Source of the DNA: Candidatus Bathyarchaeia archaeon
GTDB lineage: Archaea; Thermoproteota; Bathyarchaeia; Bathyarchaeales; Bathycorpusculaceae
Length of the DNA: 29,014 bases
Assembly: GCA_049515895.1 (NCBI GenBank)
Contig: JBEKTQ010000031.1
Span: forward strand, 1 to 29,014
Direction: 5' to 3'
This document shows, in pieces, positions 25,854 to 29,014 of the stretch (position 1 is the first letter of the stretch; each line of letters starts with the position of its first letter). The notes beneath the pieces are model-generated. The model was not told the DNA's origin. It ran no database searches and saw only the letters and a list, made by a program, of their open reading frames with translations. The translations under genes were made by a program, and so were the position numbers.

Positions 25854-26264
25854 TTGAAGAAACTTAATGCAAAAAGAACCTCAACAATCAGTTTGATTTT
25901 GCTTCTTTCAGTAGTCTGAAAGCCCGATCCAATATGTTTTCGCAGCGATTGGCTTATACCCGATAGCGTTCAAACTCAAACCCTTGTGGCTGATAGCCCT
26001 GGCGTTTCCTATACTGGTCAAATTACACTGGAACTTGCTGTTCCCGCCAACATCTCTGGAGTCTATGCGGGTCAAATGACGGTTTCAGCAGTGGACATTT
26101 TTGGAAATCAAATTACGAGTCCAGCTGAAATAAGTATCAGTGTTGGGTCAACGTCAGTCATTAGCTTTGCCTGGTTCAAAACTCACTTATGGTATGTTCT
26201 TTTGATTGTTGCAGCGATCCTGGTACTCTTAGGTTGCGTCGCTAAGTTCTCGCGAAGATCATAA
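25854..26264 (+). pseudogene. Disrupted secreted, membrane-anchored beta-sandwich protein
   Basis: Signal-peptide start MKKLNAKRTSTISLILLLSVV hits TGA at 25917, in frame with the 25986..26264 beta-rich plus TM segment. Confidence 0.55.
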
Positions 26265-26440
26265 ATCCTTTTCTTTTTTTGTTAGGTTCTCTGTTCTCTT
26301 GTTTCGTTCTATGCGTAGAACGGAAGGGGTATGAACGGCCTTGCAATTTCTTACACAAAAAAGCCAGACTAAATGACTAACAAATGGCTAACGTTTTGCT
26401 TGACTTATCCATGCGTGACTAAACAAACATTTTTCTTTTG

Positions 26441-27472
26441 ATGGCTATGACAATCGAACAAGAGTTAGGACCTGAAGTTGATGAGTTTCTTAAAGAAATA
26501 TCTCCCTCTGAAGTTGTAGCACTTGGCAAGTTAGGCCCTTCAGCCACAACCTATAAACCTGGATTCGTTTGGCTTCAGCGTTATCTTTCTGAGCAAACCT
26601 TATTCCCTCAAATCAAGAACATACATGATTTCTATGTTGCTGTTAAAGCTGACAAAAAGAAAGACACTAAGTCTTTTCCTGACCGTAAACTGCTAAAGGA
26701 TTTTGTACCTTTTCTTATCAACAAAAATAAAGCTGCCAAAACTGTCAGGTCCTATTGCGGTGCCATTCAATCTCTGTTTAAATATTTTGAGATTGAAATA
26801 ACAACAAACTATTCTGATCTACCTCCAGCAATTATAGAAAACGAAAAGTACCCCTGGAGCATTGAGCAAGTTGGCACGTTCATTAAATCTTTCAAGTCAC
26901 CGATGTATCGGTGTCTAGGAACTTGGTTTATTCAAACAGGTCTTTCTAACTGGGATTTGCTACACATGCCTTATAGTAAAATAAGAGCTCAGTATGAAAA
27001 CGATGTTAGCCCCTTCTGCCTTAACCTTGTCCGGCATAAGACAAGAAAGTACGATGTCAAGTTTAGAGCGTTCATTGGAAACTTAGGCATTCACTATTTC
27101 AAAGAGTATTACGCGAGCCTACCCAAAGCACTTAATGATGATGATTTGATTTTCCCTATTAGCTCTGTTGCCGTTGAGACTTACTTCGCTCGGAGAGCAA
27201 AAGAGTTCTTGCCGAAAGAGGTTCCGGCGGAAGAGGCTTCCGCGCCGGAAGAAACTGGAAAGAAAAAGCGTAACCCTTGCTGCCCTTCCAGTTTGAGAAC
27301 TGGGTTTCGCACTTTCCTATCTGACGGCAAAGTTACTAACAGCGAAATAGAATACTTCATGGGCCACAACCTAACCGCTGACTTGTCCAAGACTTACGTC
27401 AACAAGTCGGATGATTCTTGGCGTCAGACTTGGAGAGCCTATGAATCACTCCTTACCTTTAAGATAACTTAA
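26441..27472 (+). CDS. Second tyrosine recombinase (XerD/Int-like) with atypical catalytic residues
   Basis: AAKTVRSYCGAIQSLF (core-binding), QTGLSNWDL (R->S), RHKT, PSSLR (H->S), FMGH, TY. Confidence 0.88.
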   Translation: MAMTIEQELGPEVDEFLKEISPSEVVALGKLGPSATTYKPGFVWLQRYLSEQTLFPQIKNIHDFYVAVKADKKKDTKSFPDRKLLKDFVPFLINKNKAAKTVRSYCGAIQSLFKYFEIEITTNYSDLPPAIIENEKYPWSIEQVGTFIKSFKSPMYRCLGTWFIQTGLSNWDLLHMPYSKIRAQYENDVSPFCLNLVRHKTRKYDVKFRAFIGNLGIHYFKEYYASLPKALNDDDLIFPISSVAVETYFARRAKEFLPKEVPAEEASAPEETGKKKRNPCCPSSLRTGFRTFLSDGKVTNSEIEYFMGHNLTADLSKTYVNKSDDSWRQTWRAYESLLTFKIT

Positions 27473-27490
27473 TGCCTGCCTGCATACTTC

Positions 27491-27513
27491 GCGGGTGGAC
27501 ATCCTGCACCCGC
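27491..27513 (+). other. GC-rich hairpin just after recombinase 2
   Basis: GCGGGTG-N9-CACCCGC; no following T-tract. Confidence 0.45.
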
Positions 27514-28342
27514 CCGATAGTACCCAAACATACATCGTTTACTTAATCTCCGCTAAGTTCTTTCAGGTTTCTATTTCAGCCATGTTGCTTTCCCATGGGT
27601 TAAGGTTTTCGGGGGAAATCCTACGCCTTAAGGGTCGATTTTTCTGCAAAAAAAATTTTAAATTTTAGTATGTTGGTTTCGGCTGTGTTTGTAAAGTATA
27701 AACTAAACAAACCTTTTGAACATAGTAAAAGAGGTTCGGGGAGGGGGAAAAAAATAGAAAAATGCGCGCGCGCGAGGGTTTGAGTTAGTTAGTATATTTG
27801 AATATGTGTTTTGTAGGGGTGTCGCGTTAAAAAATGTACAGCTACTCTATATAAGCCCCATGGGTCTTTTTTAAGGGAATATGACATGATTCCATTATTT
27901 TTAGGGTTCAAAATCATTGTCTGCATGGGAAATGTCCATACCTGATTTAGCGATTTTATTTTGTGAAGCCAAACTAAGGTTTTGTAATGCATAAATCCAG
28001 CTTTTCCATGAAAGGACGCTATTCAGTGGCAATTTAAGCTATGGTGGAATGGCTGAATCTTACGTTTATGTGTAAAATTGTGAGAAAAACGTAATCTTTG
28101 CCCTGAAAAAGTACGGAAACAGAACCCAAAACAAGCCTCTTTTGGCACATCTAAGTAGCATGTATTCACCTATTGCACAGATTTTAACCTCGTTTTTAGA
28201 GGGTTTTGAGTCACTTTTGAGCCTAAATATGATGTGGCACTTTGCCGAAATAGTAAGTGTCTATCGGCGTTTTGCCGAAAGCGGAAAGGACTTGTTTCTT
28301 GCTGATTTACCAGCTTTATTTTTCTATTGAGTGGTTTAAAAT

Positions 28343-29014
28343 ATGATTGATATGAGCGAGAAAGAGAATATTGAAGATTTCTTGGAATCTACTAAGGATG
28401 ATTTTGCTGAGCCACAGTACACCGACAAAGAAGTTATCCTTACTTTGAAACCTGAGACTGTTACTGACCGAGCTAAGTTTGAGTGCATCAATAAAAGAGC
28501 CAGAGCGCTCGGTGCTACTTTTAGAGTTAGTCCAAGACCTGGCTTTCACATACCTTTACCTAAACCATCAACGTCAACGCTAGTAGTTCCAGCTTGTGGG
28601 GTTCTCTTGCACTATGAGAAAGCCGACGAATACGGCGTCGTCGGTGAAGACGGCAAAATCGCAGTTATAAAGCGGTGCGAAGATGAATCCATGACGCTGT
28701 TAACTGACGTCGGCAATTTGCCGACAAGCGTTCAACAGTTCATAGCGAAATTAGCGCCTAATACCGTCGCGGTTTTCGATGCACATGGCACAATCTACAT
28801 TGAAGTTACTATGTCACTGTTAAAGACAATGCAGACTTTAAAGGCGTTTCTCAGTTTCTACCGTGTCCTATTAGCAGAGTTTCCAATGTTAACCAATTAT
28901 GTTGAATTGAATGAAAAGTCGGTTCCTGCTCGATCTACTTACAAAGAAGTCGTTACGCATGTTTGGATGCCTTCGCATTTCTATGTTGTTATTCGCGTTA
29001 AAGAGATGACCCTT
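28343..29014 (+). CDS. Hypothetical protein, at least 224 aa (runs off window)
   Basis: Manual translation MIDMSEKENIEDFLES... is open to the last base; absent from the ORF track because it has no stop. Confidence 0.8.
   Translation, partial: MIDMSEKENIEDFLESTKDDFAEPQYTDKEVILTLKPETVTDRAKFECINKRARALGATFRVSPRPGFHIPLPKPSTSTLVVPACGVLLHYEKADEYGVVGEDGKIAVIKRCEDESMTLLTDVGNLPTSVQQFIAKLAPNTVAVFDAHGTIYIEVTMSLLKTMQTLKAFLSFYRVLLAEFPMLTNYVELNEKSVPARSTYKEVVTHVWMPSHFYVVIRVKEMTL

Larger units (their letters stand above)
17500..29014. mobile_element. Integrated archaeal MGE (provirus/plasmid-like); right end beyond the window, left boundary approximate
   Basis: Integrase next to core genes, replication-type ATPase, dense small ORFs with TTGA overlaps, divergent control region, AbrB, second recombinase; visibly AT-richer than 10-17 kb. 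No att pair or tRNA seen. Confidence 0.8.

Noticed and set aside
25917-25919. Selenocysteine or recoded TGA
   Set aside because: It falls in a signal-peptide region, no SECIS-like element was recognised, and other genes use TGA as a stop.
27789-28549. ORFs 27789..27992, 28142..28330 and 28316..28549
   Set aside because: No SD or motifs; the last is antisense to the longer open frame starting at 28343.

Overview
Archaeal chromosome segment. The gene content (beta-propeller surface-protein paralogs, a standalone CdvB/Snf7, an EndA with a crenarchaeal-type loop, Zn-ribbon tyrosine integrase) suggests Bathyarchaeia/TACK; this is inference. 1-9.3 kb is an accessory cell-surface region: two divergent PQQ-like beta-propeller paralogs, a membrane-anchored flavodoxin-fold protein, a wHTH+2TM regulator facing DUF996, and a GH26 with a PEF-CTERM-like tail. 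9.6-17.5 kb is core genes (cdvB-like, NDP-sugar nucleotidyltransferase, endA, DUF47, glyS, malic enzyme, rimI). From about 17.5 kb to the window end is an AT-richer integrated mobile element with two non-canonical tyrosine recombinases, a P-loop/wHTH replication-type ATPase, many Cys-rich microproteins, an AbrB operon and tandem basic paralogs. The best unexplained signals are non-coding: (1) a dispersed element present twice (790-955, 9351-9551), made of a 10-bp-phased RAC array, a 53-bp conserved block and a hairpin, one copy upstream of a truncated AbrB/MraZ-like gene; (2) a multibranch candidate ncRNA at 1000-1150; (3) a conserved 5' leader hairpin on both surface-protein paralogs; (4) a TTTTTCTWTTG motif punctuating genes and hairpins in the mobile element. 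Everything was read by eye; no searches were run.
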